NCBI GenBank assembly: GCA_039030515.1
Contig: JBCCEA010000002.1
Span: 128,001 to 192,000, forward strand
DNA length: 64,000 bases
Direction of reading: 5' to 3'
Origin: Myxococcota bacterium
GTDB taxonomy: Bacteria > Myxococcota_A > Polyangia > Polyangiales > Houyiibacteriaceae
Of the stretch, positions 9,763 to 20,588 are shown one piece after another (position 1 is the stretch's first letter; each line of letters begins with the position of its first letter). Position numbers and translations under genes: made by a program. The notes beneath the pieces are model-generated. The model was given only the letters and a program-made list of their open reading frames with translations. It did no database searches and had not been told where the DNA came from.

Positions 9763-10415
9763 GGCACTGCCTTCCGAGCCGCTTTTTCTTCGTAACCGGA
9801 AACTCCAAAACGCTCTGCGAGCGCCTGCTCCAAATCGCGGAGCGTGCAACCTCGCGACATCAAGCCAACTATCACGTGGTAAAGCACGTCAGCGGATTCG
9901 GAAACCACTCGATCGTCGGATTCCGAGTTGAGCGCGGTGGCGAGTTCTCCACCCTCTTCACGAATCTTCTGAGCGATCTTCGCATCGCCTTTCTCGAGCA
10001 AGGACTTCGTATAGCTTTTATCCGCGACAGATCTTCGGCGCGATTCCAGAACTTCCCCGAGCTTCGCTAATGTAGGCGCAGCATGGCCATAGTCGTCTGT
10101 ATCCAATCGCCGAAAAAAGCAGCTTCGCTCGCCGGTGTGACAGGTAGGCCCGTGAGGATCGACGAGGTAGATCAGGGCATCAGCATCGCAGTCGACCCAT
10201 ACTTCCGAGACAAGCAAGAAATTGCCGCTTGTTTCGCCCTTTCGCCAGAGCGCTTGACGCGATCGGCTGTAGAAGTGAGCCGATTTCGTCTCGAGGGTTC
10301 TGCGTACCGCTTCCTCATTTGCGTAGCCCACCATGCGGACCTCGCCTCCGTGCCGATCCTGAACAACCACGGCTACGAGCCCAGCAGCATCGGTTTTCAA
10401 TCCGCTTAGATCCAT
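9759..10415 (-). CDS. hisIE: Bifunctional phosphoribosyl-AMP cyclohydrolase/phosphoribosyl-ATP pyrophosphatase
   Basis: SRSRQALWRKGETSGN, DCDADAL, TCHTGERSCF, SYT..L, KI.EE..E, ESADVLYH. Confidence 0.95.
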   Translation of the reverse strand: MDLSGLKTDAAGLVAVVVQDRHGGEVRMVGYANEEAVRRTLETKSAHFYSRSRQALWRKGETSGNFLLVSEVWVDCDADALIYLVDPHGPTCHTGERSCFFRRLDTDDYGHAAPTLAKLGEVLESRRRSVADKSYTKSLLEKGDAKIAQKIREEGGELATALNSESDDRVVSESADVLYHVIVGLMSRGCTLRDLEQALAERFGVSGYEEKAARKAVP

Positions 10416-10669
10416 TAGAACGCAATCCCTTTGAGTGATCCGGCTAAGGTGGCATGAGCAGGCTACGTGGAGTGAGCAAGTGAGATGGCTCGAGGCACGC
10501 TACGTTACGTAAGGACGGTTGCTCCGACGATACACAACTGCAGCCCTAACCAGTTCAACGACCAGCCCTGACCAATTTAACAATCTGTAACCTGAAACTA
10601 GGATACATTCGCGGCAATCAGAATAGTGTGTGTCCGGAAGCGATCCCGACCGGACGCCACATCCCGCCG

Positions 10670-11812
10670 CTACGCTCGAGAACGTTTTTGCCTACCGTTT
10701 GCCTTCGAAGACGCTCCAGCTGCTTGATTCGATGATCCAGGGCTCGAGGGCGAAACCTCGGTGGAACTCGTCTTGTCTTGAGAGGAGCCACTGCCCTGAG
10801 AGGATGCACCACCTCGAGACAACCCGTGTTTCTCTAATATTCGATGCTCGATATCGTTATAGAGCTCAGGATGTTCCTCTAGAAATCGGCGTGCATTGTC
10901 GCGCCCTTGCCCAATGCGATCGCCTTTGTAGCTGTACCAAGAGCCGGACTTATCTACGATGTTGTCGGCTACCCCTAAATCGAGAACATCGCCGGAACGA
11001 CTGATTCCCTTACCAAACAAAATATCGAATTCACAAACTTGAAAGGGAGGCGCGAGTTTGTTTTTCACGACTTTGACCCGACATCGATTGCCCACCGCTT
11101 CATCTCCGGTCTTGATGGTGCCTACGCGTCTGATATCGAGTCGTTGTGACGCATAGAACTTGAGCGCGTTGCCACCGGTTGTCGTCTCCGGACTGCCAAA
11201 CATCACCCCTATTTTCATTCGAATCTGATTGATAAAGAACAAGGTCACGTCGCTTTTATGCACGGTTGCAGTAAGCTTTCGTAGCGCTTGGCTCATCAGT
11301 CTCGCTTGCAGACCTGGAAGAGAATCACCCATATCTCCTTCGATTTCTGCACGAGGCACGAGTGCAGCAACCGAGTCGATCACGATAATGTCTACCGCTC
11401 CGGAACGAACCAGGGTGTCGGCGATCTCGAGCGCCTGTTCACCGTGGTCAGGCTGGCTAACGAGCAGCTCGTCGACATTCACCCCAAGGCGTTTGGCGTA
11501 AGAAGGATCAAGAGCGTGCTCTGCATCGATGAATGCAGCGATTCCTCCAGATTTTTGGCATTCCGCAATCGCATGAAGCGTAAGCGTGGTTTTGCCGCTC
11601 GACTCCGGGCCGTACACTTCGACAATGCGTCCGCGAGCATATCCCCCGGTTCCCAAAGCCAGATCGAGCGAAATGGAACCAGTCGAAATTATGGGAATAT
11701 CTAGAGCCTGGGAATCCCCCAGACGCATGATAGCTCCCTTGCCATACGCCTTTTCAATCGCTCCTACGGCGAGCTCGAGCGCTTTCAACCGGTTCGAATC
11801 CGATGACATCAT
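10670..11812 (-). CDS. recA: Recombinase RecA with Ser-rich C-terminal tail
   Basis: [55 protein letters not shown] upstream (start could be 11809). Confidence 0.98.
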   Translation of the reverse strand: MMSSDSNRLKALELAVGAIEKAYGKGAIMRLGDSQALDIPIISTGSISLDLALGTGGYARGRIVEVYGPESSGKTTLTLHAIAECQKSGGIAAFIDAEHALDPSYAKRLGVNVDELLVSQPDHGEQALEIADTLVRSGAVDIIVIDSVAALVPRAEIEGDMGDSLPGLQARLMSQALRKLTATVHKSDVTLFFINQIRMKIGVMFGSPETTTGGNALKFYASQRLDIRRVGTIKTGDEAVGNRCRVKVVKNKLAPPFQVCEFDILFGKGISRSGDVLDLGVADNIVDKSGSWYSYKGDRIGQGRDNARRFLEEHPELYNDIEHRILEKHGLSRGGASSQGSGSSQDKTSSTEVSPSSPGSSNQAAGASSKANGRQKRSRA

Positions 11813-11817
11813 TGCCT

Positions 11818-11834
11818 CCTGAACAAATGTCTAG
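11818..11834 (-). promoter_or_regulatory. Myxococcus-type LexA (SOS) box overlapping the recA SD
   Basis: Minus strand CTAGACATTTGTTCAGG matches the M. xanthus consensus CTRHAMRYBYGTTCAGS at 16 of 17 positions. Confidence 0.75.
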
Positions 11835-11912
11835 ACCTTCTCTGCCTAGAACGCAACTTCCAACTCGGCGAACGGCTTCCGGTGAGGGGTGTTCTTGCCA
11901 AAAATCTGTGGT

Positions 11913-13154
11913 TTATCTCGGCAGCAGAAGCGTAGCGCGACGTACCAAGTCGAGAGCGATATGAGAGGCCATGCGACGAATACGAGAGCGATCTCCGGTT
12001 AAGGTTCTGCAGAAAACCTCGACCGGTTGGGTGCGCTGCGCCAGTCCGAACCATACGGTGCCCACCGGCTTGTCCTCGCTACCTCCCCCCGGGCCGGCGA
12101 TCCCAGTCACCGAAACCGCTAAGTCTGTAGCCGTGCGATCGAGCGTCCCCTCAGCCATCGCACCCGCTACCGGACCACTTACCGCACCGTACGTCGAAAG
12201 CATATCCTCCGGCACGCCCAAAAGCGCAGTCTTTGCCTTATTTTCGTAGGACACCAAATCAGCTGCAAAGTAGCTGGAGCTACCGGGGTTTTCGGTGAGC
12301 ATCATGCCGATCATCCCTCCAGTGCAGGACTCGGCAACTCCCAATCGAAGACCCCGTTGTCGAAGGTGTTGTCCGACAACGGACGCAAGCGTTTCTTCGC
12401 CCCTGCCAAAGACCACGTCGCCGAGCAGCTCCCGAATACGCTGAACCGCATCGTCGGCACGTCGATTGGCCACCTTTGGGGAAGACCCGTCGGCGTAGAC
12501 CTTGACTTCGATCACCGGATAGGAGGCTCGATATCCGAGTCGAATCCCTTCATCGGTGAGCGACTCCAACTTCGTCGCTACTCCGGATTCGGTCATGCCA
12601 AACGTGCGCAAACGACGACGGGTCTCGTTGAAACTACCTTGAGCGGCGATCGCGGGCAGCACCGAGTCTTCAAACATCGGCTTCATTTCGCGGGGAACCC
12701 CCGGGAGAAAAAAGACCTGAGCCGCGCCAAGCACCATTCGGAAACCGGGCGCTGTGCCCACTGCGTTGGGGAGGATTTCGGCTCCCTTAGGAAAGAGCGC
12801 CTGATTCCGATTCATCTCCGGCATCTCGATGCCTCGCTGCTGAAACATCTCACGGATTCGATCGAAAGACGCAGGATCGAATACCAAGTCCACCCCTGCC
12901 GCCTTGGAAGCCGCCTCCGTCGTTCGATCATCGACAGTGGGGCCTAGGCCTCCCGTCACGACCACTACCGATGCACCTGCAGCCAGGCGGGAAAGGCTGG
13001 CGACAATACGAGGCAAATCGTCATCTACCGTCGCGCGCTCCTGTACGCAAAATCCCGAGAGCGAGAGGCGTTCGGAGAGCCACGGGGCGTTGGTATCGAT
13101 GAGCTCCCCCAGGGTCAGTTCCGTGCCGATGGAGAGTACTGCAGCAACATTCAT
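11913..13154 (-). CDS. cinA: Competence/damage-inducible protein CinA (molybdopterin-binding domain + NMN deamidase)
   Basis: SIGTELTLGELIDTN, TGGLGPT.DD.T, GTAPG, LPGVPREM, AESCTGG, TGIAGPGG; directly upstream of recA; start set at MNVAAVL. Confidence 0.95.
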   Translation of the reverse strand: MNVAAVLSIGTELTLGELIDTNAPWLSERLSLSGFCVQERATVDDDLPRIVASLSRLAAGASVVVVTGGLGPTVDDRTTEAASKAAGVDLVFDPASFDRIREMFQQRGIEMPEMNRNQALFPKGAEILPNAVGTAPGFRMVLGAAQVFFLPGVPREMKPMFEDSVLPAIAAQGSFNETRRRLRTFGMTESGVATKLESLTDEGIRLGYRASYPVIEVKVYADGSSPKVANRRADDAVQRIRELLGDVVFGRGEETLASVVGQHLRQRGLRLGVAESCTGGMIGMMLTENPGSSSYFAADLVSYENKAKTALLGVPEDMLSTYGAVSGPVAGAMAEGTLDRTATDLAVSVTGIAGPGGGSEDKPVGTVWFGLAQRTQPVEVFCRTLTGDRSRIRRMASHIALDLVRRATLLLPR

Positions 13155-13508
13155 AATTGCGGGACAGTTTTTGCCACTCGCACGCGAGGTCAAGTACCGA
13201 ACTCGATCGATATTTGCCGCCGCAACCAAGCGGACGCACTGGTCCCGCTGCCGCGAGAAGAATATGGTGCCCACAGCGAAGGTACAGGGAGAGGAAAAAC
13301 AAGAAATCTTCAGCATTGGCGAAAAACCGAGGGCATGTTATCGGAATCTCGGCGGTACAATCGAGGGAGTACACATCATGCAGATGATCGCGAGAGACAG
13401 ATGATCGCGAGAGACGGGAGGGCTTGCGACGCGGGAATCATCCAAAAAAGAATTGTGTTTTTTCGCGTGAGTCGCGCGTGGAGCAGTCGTTCAGGGCGGG
13501 ATCATTCG

Positions 13509-15011
13509 ATGCAGGGTCATTCTAAAAAGCAAAGACGCGGCCTGCCCTACCAGATCGCCACTGCGATCTGGACGATGCTTCTACTCTGGTCAGCTCTCGC
13601 CGAAATGATCCCTGAGTCCGCCGCCGCGCAAGGCGTGAACCTCGAGAACCAGAGCTCCGCCGATGCTGAGGAGACGCCCCTGCCCTTGCCGCTTCCCATC
13701 GAGCGTCGAAGGCTCGCAAACGGTCTCCGCGTGGTTCTAAGCCCCGACCGCACGGTTCCCACGGTGGCGATCGCGATATATTACGACGTGGGATCGAGAG
13801 ACGAGGTTCCGGGCAGAGAGGGCTTCGCCCATTTATTTGAACACATGATGTTCAAAGGCTCCGCAAACGTCGCGGACGGGGAGCATTTTTCACTGATCAC
13901 GGCACGCGGTGGACGTGCGAACGCGACGACATCGAGAGATCGCACCAACTATTTCCAAACCCTTCCATCCAACGAACTGGCCCTTGGGCTGTGGCTGGAA
14001 GCGGATCGCATGCAGTCTCTCCGAGTCACGGCCGAGAATTTTGAAAACCAGCGACAGGCCGTGCTGGAAGAGCGGAGACAGCGCGTGGACAATCAACCCT
14101 ACGTACCCAGCTGGTTGAGGGTCGAAGCTCTAGCGTACGGCGACTACTTTCCCTACGCCCACTCGGTCATCGGCGCTCGCAGAGATCTTGAGACGATGCC
14201 TTTCGAGGCGGCGCTTGACTTCTACAACCGCTTCTACGGGCCCAACAACGCCGTTGTAGCGATCGCCGGAGACTTTGAGAGCCGCCAGGCCATGGATGTT
14301 CTCGGTACGTACTTCGAGGAGATCGAACCCCGTTCGAGACCTGAGCGGGTGGAGCCTACCTTCACACCACAAACCGAGCAGCGGCGTTCGACAAATATCG
14401 ATCGATTCGCTGAATTGCCCGCACTCCATCTCGCCTATTCGATACCGCCGATGAGAACGGAAACACACTACGCTCTCGAATTGCTGGCGCTCTTGCTTGG
14501 CGACGGCGAGTCGTCCCGCCTCTATCAGACCCTGGTGAAAGATCTCGAACTCTGCACTCAGATATCGGTGTACACCTACGATCGGCGAGGGCCCGACCTG
14601 TTTCACATCTTTGGGATCCTCTCCAAAACCGAACACGCCTCTGCCACCGAGGAGGCGATCTATCGTGAGATCAGGTCGATCGCGGAAGAAGGCGTTTCTC
14701 CCCGTGAATTGCAAAAAGCAAAGAATCGTGTGCGGTCGTATTTTGTCTTCGGTCTTCAATCCAATTTGAATCGCGCTCAGAGACTTGCGGAGTACGAGAT
14801 GTACTGGGGTAACGCCGAAGAGTTGAGAACAGAGCTGCAGCACTACCTACAGGTCAGTTCTGCTCAGATCCAGGATGCCGCGGGTCGCTACTTCGCTGCC
14901 ACCAATCGGACCGTCCTCAGCGTATTGCCTACATCGTCTCAAGCAGAAGCTCACGGCGCGAAAGCCCCTACGGCGACACCGGAAGCCGTCTCGATGAGAG
15001 GTGCACAATGA
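13509..15011 (+). CDS. M16 (pitrilysin-family) zinc peptidase, catalytic subunit
   Basis: GFAHLFEHMMFKGS inverted HxxEH motif, NATTS.DRTNY, LWLEADRM; signal-like segment; start uncertain. Confidence 0.9.
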   Translation: MQGHSKKQRRGLPYQIATAIWTMLLLWSALAEMIPESAAAQGVNLENQSSADAEETPLPLPLPIERRRLANGLRVVLSPDRTVPTVAIAIYYDVGSRDEVPGREGFAHLFEHMMFKGSANVADGEHFSLITARGGRANATTSRDRTNYFQTLPSNELALGLWLEADRMQSLRVTAENFENQRQAVLEERRQRVDNQPYVPSWLRVEALAYGDYFPYAHSVIGARRDLETMPFEAALDFYNRFYGPNNAVVAIAGDFESRQAMDVLGTYFEEIEPRSRPERVEPTFTPQTEQRRSTNIDRFAELPALHLAYSIPPMRTETHYALELLALLLGDGESSRLYQTLVKDLELCTQISVYTYDRRGPDLFHIFGILSKTEHASATEEAIYREIRSIAEEGVSPRELQKAKNRVRSYFVFGLQSNLNRAQRLAEYEMYWGNAEELRTELQHYLQVSSAQIQDAAGRYFAATNRTVLSVLPTSSQAEAHGAKAPTATPEAVSMRGAQ

Positions 15012-16591
15012 TCTTTCGGGCCACAGGTGTAGCTTCTGCCACCCCGATCGAAGCGCATGATGGACTGGGTCTTCATGGACTGGGTCTTCTTCTATTGGCG
15101 AGCTCGATCTTGACGGGCATGGTCGCGGTGGGAGGCGCCGGTTGTGGTGGCGCGACGGCGCCCGTCGCTGACGGCACTGAAGCCGAGAGCCAGCCCGTTG
15201 CCGAAACATCGAGACCTCGTGAGGAACCACCGGCTTCCGGACCTGCAAGGGACATCGCGTTCCCGCCGATCCAACGCTTTCAAATGGAGAGCGGATTGGA
15301 AGTGCGACTGGTAGAGCGCCGGCAGCTACCGGTTGTCTATGCCCGTCTTGTGTTTTTTAGCGGTAGCGAAACCGACCCGGAACACCTACCCGGCCTATCG
15401 AATCTGGTTGCTCAAATGCTCGAAGAGGGCACGCGATCGAAGAGCAGCGCGGAGTTGGCGGAAGAAATCGAGTATTTAGGGGCCGACATGCAGAGCGGCT
15501 CGGACGAGGAGTCGCTCTACGTCGGAGTCCAGGGCTTGAGTGAGCATTTTGAAACGATGATCGAGCTACTGGCCGAAATCGTGACCCAACCTGCGTTCGA
15601 AGAAGATGAGCTCGCGAAGCTGAAGCGCCGGGAACTAGACCGCCTCAAACTGATGAGCGCGCGCCCCAATTATTTGGCGCGACGTATTCTTTACCAGCGC
15701 CTCTACGGAACCCACCCTTACGGGCACGTCGATACCAATACCGAGGTATTGCGACGACTTGCCCGAGAGGATCTCGTCACCTGGCACGAGGCACATATCG
15801 CGCCGAACAATGCAACGCTCGTCGTTGTAGGCGATGTCGATCGGGCGCGGGTGGAGAGAAATGTCGGGCAAGTCTTCGAGCTTTGGCAACCGACCTCGGT
15901 TCCACAGACCCAGTACCCGCAGACGCCGCAGCGGACTGAGCGGGAGCTGGTCGTCGTCGACCGCCCTGGTTCCGTACAAACCACGATCATGATCGCAAAC
16001 CTTGCCGTAGAGCGAGGCCATGAGGACTGGGTGCCGTTGATGGTGTCCAATCAGGTACTGGGCGGTTCAGCAGCTTCAAGGCTGTTCATGGATCTCAGAG
16101 AGGAGCGAGGGCTCACCTACGGTGCCTACAGCAATATCGCGGAGCGGGTGAAGGTCGGGCCCTTTTTGGCCTATGCGCAAGTGGAAACCTCAAAGACCTT
16201 TGAGGCGGTCGGTGCGTTCTTCGAGCACCTAGAAAGAATCACCACGGAAGCAGTGCCCGAGGAAGAGCTCGAACGAGCGGCACAGTATCTGTCGAATTCA
16301 TTCCCTTTGGAGATCGACACCCCCGCAAAGATCGCTTCGATGGTAAGCGACCTAAGGGTGTTTGAACTTCCGGACGGCTATTGGGACGGCTTCCGATCGA
16401 GTATCGCGAGCGTCATGACTGAGGAAGCCCTCGCCGCTGCACAAGCCCATATTCATCCCAGGCAATCCTTAGTACTGCTCGTTGGAGACGCAGGTCGGAT
16501 CGCCGAGCCGCTGCGAAGATTTGGCGAAGTCCAAGTAGTGAACGCCGACGACGAAGTTCTGCAGACCCTGCCGCCGCTGGCGATACCCTAG
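15008..16591 (+). CDS. M16 peptidase family, probably non-catalytic partner subunit
   Basis: No HxxEH (NLVAQML); SRLFMDLREERGLTYGAYS; ATGA overlap with upstream gene. Confidence 0.88.
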   Translation: MIFRATGVASATPIEAHDGLGLHGLGLLLLASSILTGMVAVGGAGCGGATAPVADGTEAESQPVAETSRPREEPPASGPARDIAFPPIQRFQMESGLEVRLVERRQLPVVYARLVFFSGSETDPEHLPGLSNLVAQMLEEGTRSKSSAELAEEIEYLGADMQSGSDEESLYVGVQGLSEHFETMIELLAEIVTQPAFEEDELAKLKRRELDRLKLMSARPNYLARRILYQRLYGTHPYGHVDTNTEVLRRLAREDLVTWHEAHIAPNNATLVVVGDVDRARVERNVGQVFELWQPTSVPQTQYPQTPQRTERELVVVDRPGSVQTTIMIANLAVERGHEDWVPLMVSNQVLGGSAASRLFMDLREERGLTYGAYSNIAERVKVGPFLAYAQVETSKTFEAVGAFFEHLERITTEAVPEEELERAAQYLSNSFPLEIDTPAKIASMVSDLRVFELPDGYWDGFRSSIASVMTEEALAAAQAHIHPRQSLVLLVGDAGRIAEPLRRFGEVQVVNADDEVLQTLPPLAIP

Positions 16592-16647
16592 GCCGAGGGC
16601 CCGTCAGGACGTTCCCGAACAACTCGAGCTATGGAGGCAAAAGCAAT

Positions 16648-18477
16648 ATGTGCGGCATCGTAGGCTACGTAGGCCCGGAAACGGCAGCCCCCATCCTACT
16701 CGATGGACTTCGTCGTCTCGAGTACCGCGGCTATGACTCAGCTGGGCTTTCCACCTTCGACGGCACACAACTGCAGTGCCTCAGAACTGTAGGCAAATTG
16801 CGCAATTTAGAGTCTGCACTTCGCGAGCACAATTTAGCCGGATCCATAGGCATCGGACACACGCGCTGGGCCACCCACGGTCGACCGAGCGAGGCCAACG
16901 CCCATCCGCACATTTCAGGCGGTGTCGCGGTGGTTCACAATGGCATCATCGAAAACTTCTTAGTGCTCAAAAAAGAGCTGGTCGAAGCTGGACGCTCCAT
17001 TCTCAGCGACACCGACACCGAAATCGTCGCCCATCTGATCGACCAAGAAGTTCAGATTAGCGGCTCTATCGAAGAAGCAGTGCGCAAAGCGATAGCTCGA
17101 GTCGAGGGTGCGTACGCCATTGCGGTCGTTCACAGCAAAGAACCAGATCGCATCATCGTTGCCAAAACATCCTCGCCGCTGGTGGTCGGCCTCGGTGAGG
17201 ACGCCAACTACTGCGGTAGCGATATTCCGGCACTGCTGCCCTACACAAAAGCGATGCTTTTCTTGGAAGACGGCGAGATGGCCGTACTGACTCAGGATGC
17301 CGTCACCCTGACCACACTCGCGGGAGCGCCGGTCAAACGTGAACCAAAGCACATCGACTGGTCTCCGGTCATGGCCGAAAAGAACGGCTACAAACACTTC
17401 ATGATCAAAGAGATCTTCGAGCAGCCGAGGGCTATCGAAGATACGCTGAGAGGTCGCCTTAACCGAGACGAGGGCGTGATTCACGATCACGAAATCGACC
17501 TGAGTTTAGAGGATCTCAAGTCGATCGATCGCGTCATCTTGCTTGCCTGCGGCACGAGTCACCATGCGGCTATGGTGGGCCGCTATCTGATAGAAGAGCT
17601 CGCCCAACTTCCCGCCGTCGTGGAGCTGGCCAGCGAATTTCGTGGACGATCCTCAGTGATCACGGACAAGGACCTGGTCGTCGCAGTAAGTCAGTCCGGA
17701 GAGACCCTGGATACCCTGGTCGCCGCAAAGCAAGCGAAAGACCGAGGTGCTCGAGTTGTTGCCATTGCAAACGTGATCGGTAGCGCCTTGCCGCGCCTTG
17801 CAAACGCCGCGTTTTACACGCACGCAGGCCCGGAAATCGGGGTTGCATCGACAAAGTGCTTTACCACCCAACTCGCCAACTTGGTCATGCTCTCGATCCA
17901 CCTTGGAACCACTCGAGGCTCCCTTGACGCGGAGCGGGCACGAACATTGGTCGAAGGTCTGGTTCGGTTGCCCCAACAAATGCAGTACGTACTGCACGGA
18001 ACCCGCCAGCTAGTAGCGAATCTGGCCCGTCGCTACAGCGAAGCGAGAGACGTCCTATTTCTCGGTCGTGGACTCAGCTTCCCCATCGCACTAGAGGGCG
18101 CTCTGAAGCTCAAAGAGATTTCTTACGTCCACGCCGAAGGTTACGCGGCCGGCGAGATGAAACACGGACCGATCGCTCTCATCGACTCGAGAGTGCCGGT
18201 GATCGTACTCCTACCGAGGGACGATCACTATGAGCGCTCACTCTCGAACCTGCAGGAAGCCAAGGCGAGGGAGGCGATCGTTATCGCGATCATGAGCGAG
18301 GGAGAAGATACCCAGGCCGCCTGCAGCGATGTCATAGAAATCCCCACGGTCGATCCGATCCTGACTCCCTTTCTCACCGTGCTCCCACTGCAGCTTTACG
18401 CCTACTACGTCGCAGACTTCAAGGGCACGGACGTCGACCAGCCTCGCAATCTCGCAAAAACGGTTACCGTCGAGTAG
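16648..18477 (+). CDS. glmS: Glutamine--fructose-6-phosphate aminotransferase
   Basis: MCGIVG, LEYRGYDSAG, GHTRWATHG, SQSGET, EGALKLKE, QPRNLAKTVTVE. Confidence 0.98.
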   Translation: MCGIVGYVGPETAAPILLDGLRRLEYRGYDSAGLSTFDGTQLQCLRTVGKLRNLESALREHNLAGSIGIGHTRWATHGRPSEANAHPHISGGVAVVHNGIIENFLVLKKELVEAGRSILSDTDTEIVAHLIDQEVQISGSIEEAVRKAIARVEGAYAIAVVHSKEPDRIIVAKTSSPLVVGLGEDANYCGSDIPALLPYTKAMLFLEDGEMAVLTQDAVTLTTLAGAPVKREPKHIDWSPVMAEKNGYKHFMIKEIFEQPRAIEDTLRGRLNRDEGVIHDHEIDLSLEDLKSIDRVILLACGTSHHAAMVGRYLIEELAQLPAVVELASEFRGRSSVITDKDLVVAVSQSGETLDTLVAAKQAKDRGARVVAIANVIGSALPRLANAAFYTHAGPEIGVASTKCFTTQLANLVMLSIHLGTTRGSLDAERARTLVEGLVRLPQQMQYVLHGTRQLVANLARRYSEARDVLFLGRGLSFPIALEGALKLKEISYVHAEGYAAGEMKHGPIALIDSRVPVIVLLPRDDHYERSLSNLQEAKAREAIVIAIMSEGEDTQAACSDVIEIPTVDPILTPFLTVLPLQLYAYYVADFKGTDVDQPRNLAKTVTVE

Positions 18478-18586
18478 CCAGGCTTCGAAGCGGCCAACTT
18501 CGGTAGGGAACGTGAATCATTGCGGGCCACTAAAGCCTCTTTACCTTGTGCTGTTTCGTTCCAACTGGTAGCCCGCATCCCGTCAC

Positions 18587-19345
18587 GTGTTTGAGGAGCA
18601 CCGCATCTTCGTCGTCATGCCGGCCCACAACGAGGAGGAAATGCTCCGGGCCGCTGTCGCTCCCCTTCCAGCGTGGATCGACGGCGTCATTATCGTCGAC
18701 GATGCCAGCACCGATAAAACCTCCCAAGTCGCCGAGTCGCTTGCACATGGGGACCCTCGAATCCATCTAAGGCGTCACTCGACAAACCGGGGGGTCGGAG
18801 CTGCGGTGGCCACCGGATACAGAACTGCCTTTAGGCTGGGCGCTCAGATCGCGGTGGTGATGGCTGGCGATGCACAAATGGATCCAGATGATCTCCCCTC
18901 GCTGATTACGCCTATCACGAAGAACGAAGCAGACTACGTAAAAGGCAATCGCCTTGCTCATCCCCAAGCCCGAAAGCTCTTCCCGTCGGAGCGATGGCTC
19001 GCCAACCACGCGCTTTCGTGGCTCACGCGCAGGGCTACCGGGCTCCGGGTGAACGATTCTCAATGCGGTTACACGGCACTCTGTGAAAACGCCTATGGGA
19101 TGCTTCAGGCAGACACCCTTTGGCCTCGATACGGATATCCCAACGACATTCTTATCCGACTAGGGGCGGCCGAATGCCGTATTCGCGATGAAGTGGTGCG
19201 TCCCGTGTACGGCGAGGAACACAGCGAGATTAAGCTCACCGACGCCCTGATCGTGATCCCGATACTGCTGATGCGAGGCTGGATGCGACGGGTATTGCCC
19301 TTCTTGCCGAAGTCTGAACTTCCGACCCAGTCCGGTGCATCCTAG
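18587..19345 (+). CDS. Glycosyltransferase family 2
   Basis: VVMPAHNEE, IVDDASTD, NRGVGAA, GDAQMDP, DSQCGYTA. Confidence 0.9.
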   Translation: MFEEHRIFVVMPAHNEEEMLRAAVAPLPAWIDGVIIVDDASTDKTSQVAESLAHGDPRIHLRRHSTNRGVGAAVATGYRTAFRLGAQIAVVMAGDAQMDPDDLPSLITPITKNEADYVKGNRLAHPQARKLFPSERWLANHALSWLTRRATGLRVNDSQCGYTALCENAYGMLQADTLWPRYGYPNDILIRLGAAECRIRDEVVRPVYGEEHSEIKLTDALIVIPILLMRGWMRRVLPFLPKSELPTQSGAS

Positions 19346-19351
19346 GTCACG

Positions 19352-20557
19352 ATGCGCATCGGTATGCTGACCACGGGGTATCCCCGATTCGATGGCGACC
19401 ATTGCGGTTTCTTTGTGCGGACGATGGCCCGCGCTTTCACTACGCGAGGACACGAGGTGGACATACTGGCGCCCGCACCCGATCCTCGAGATGATAGACC
19501 AGAACAAAAGCCCGACGACCCTGGGATCTCGCTGCATCAAATCCCTTACATGCTGCCTCGATCGATGAGCCGCACCTTCTACCGAAATGGAGTACTCGAC
19601 AATTTAGCCGAAGACGCAAGGTCGTGGCCCGGTTTAACGACCTACCCCTGTGCACTGCTGAGACGCGCACATCGCTGCGTGCCTCAGTGGGACAGCATCG
19701 TGAGTCATTGGATGCTGCCGTCCGCGATCGTTGGAGGCCTGATAAGAGCGCAGCTTCCTCATCTCGCGATAGTTCATTCTGCGGATCTGCACCTTCTAAA
19801 ACACCTACCCTTGCGGCGACACCTCGCACGGTTTCTTGCGCACCGAGCGAGCTGCCTGAGTTTTGTCGCATCAAGTCAACACGACGAGTTTGCCGAACTG
19901 CTCGGTAGCCGCCGAAACGTCTTCAGAACGCTCGTTGCCCCCATGGGCATCGATCCTCGCCCGGACCCTGATTTGGTCGAACCTGAGCAGAGCTCAGATA
20001 GGTTCCGCATCGGGTTTCTCGGACGTCTGGTCGAAGTGAAAGGGGTGGATGTGCTCATCCGCGCAGTTGCGTTATTGAAGGCGGCGCATCCCGAACTGTC
20101 ACTCGAAGTCAAGATCGCTGGAGATGGCGATCAGTGCAAGGCTCTGCAAAGGCTCGCGCGTGCATTACATATTACTGCACGCTTTACAGGCCACCTGCAG
20201 GGCAAAGAAAAAGAAAGATTCTTCCAAAACTCAGATCTATTTTGTGCGCCATCACGAGTGCTTTCCTCAGGCCGTACTGAGGGAGTTCCCGTCGCCGTCC
20301 TAGAGGCGATGGCACACGGCCTCCCCATCGTTGCGAGCTCAGTCGGAGGAATCAGCGACGTAGTTCGATCTCCCTGGGGAACATGTATCCCTCCGGGAAA
20401 CCCGAGCAAGTTGGCCAGGGCGATCCGGCATATGATGCATCACCGCAACCAGCTACGGTCCTGGGGCCGTATGGCGTATGCGGCAGCCAAAGAGCATTTT
20501 TGGCCAAACCGGATTCAAACCTTCGAACAAGCCCTCCAACCCGAAGCTCAGACTTAG
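19352..20557 (+). CDS. Glycosyltransferase family 4
   Basis: FLGRLVEVKGVDVL, EGVPVAVLEAMAHGLPIVAS.VGG. Confidence 0.9.
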   Translation: MRIGMLTTGYPRFDGDHCGFFVRTMARAFTTRGHEVDILAPAPDPRDDRPEQKPDDPGISLHQIPYMLPRSMSRTFYRNGVLDNLAEDARSWPGLTTYPCALLRRAHRCVPQWDSIVSHWMLPSAIVGGLIRAQLPHLAIVHSADLHLLKHLPLRRHLARFLAHRASCLSFVASSQHDEFAELLGSRRNVFRTLVAPMGIDPRPDPDLVEPEQSSDRFRIGFLGRLVEVKGVDVLIRAVALLKAAHPELSLEVKIAGDGDQCKALQRLARALHITARFTGHLQGKEKERFFQNSDLFCAPSRVLSSGRTEGVPVAVLEAMAHGLPIVASSVGGISDVVRSPWGTCIPPGNPSKLARAIRHMMHHRNQLRSWGRMAYAAAKEHFWPNRIQTFEQALQPEAQT

Positions 20558-20588
20558 TTCGGCCACTTCAAGCTCCGAGCACCTCCGG

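Noticed and set aside
16592..16647. glmS ribozyme
   Set aside because: Only ~55 nt separate glmS from the upstream gene, too short, and no recognisable core
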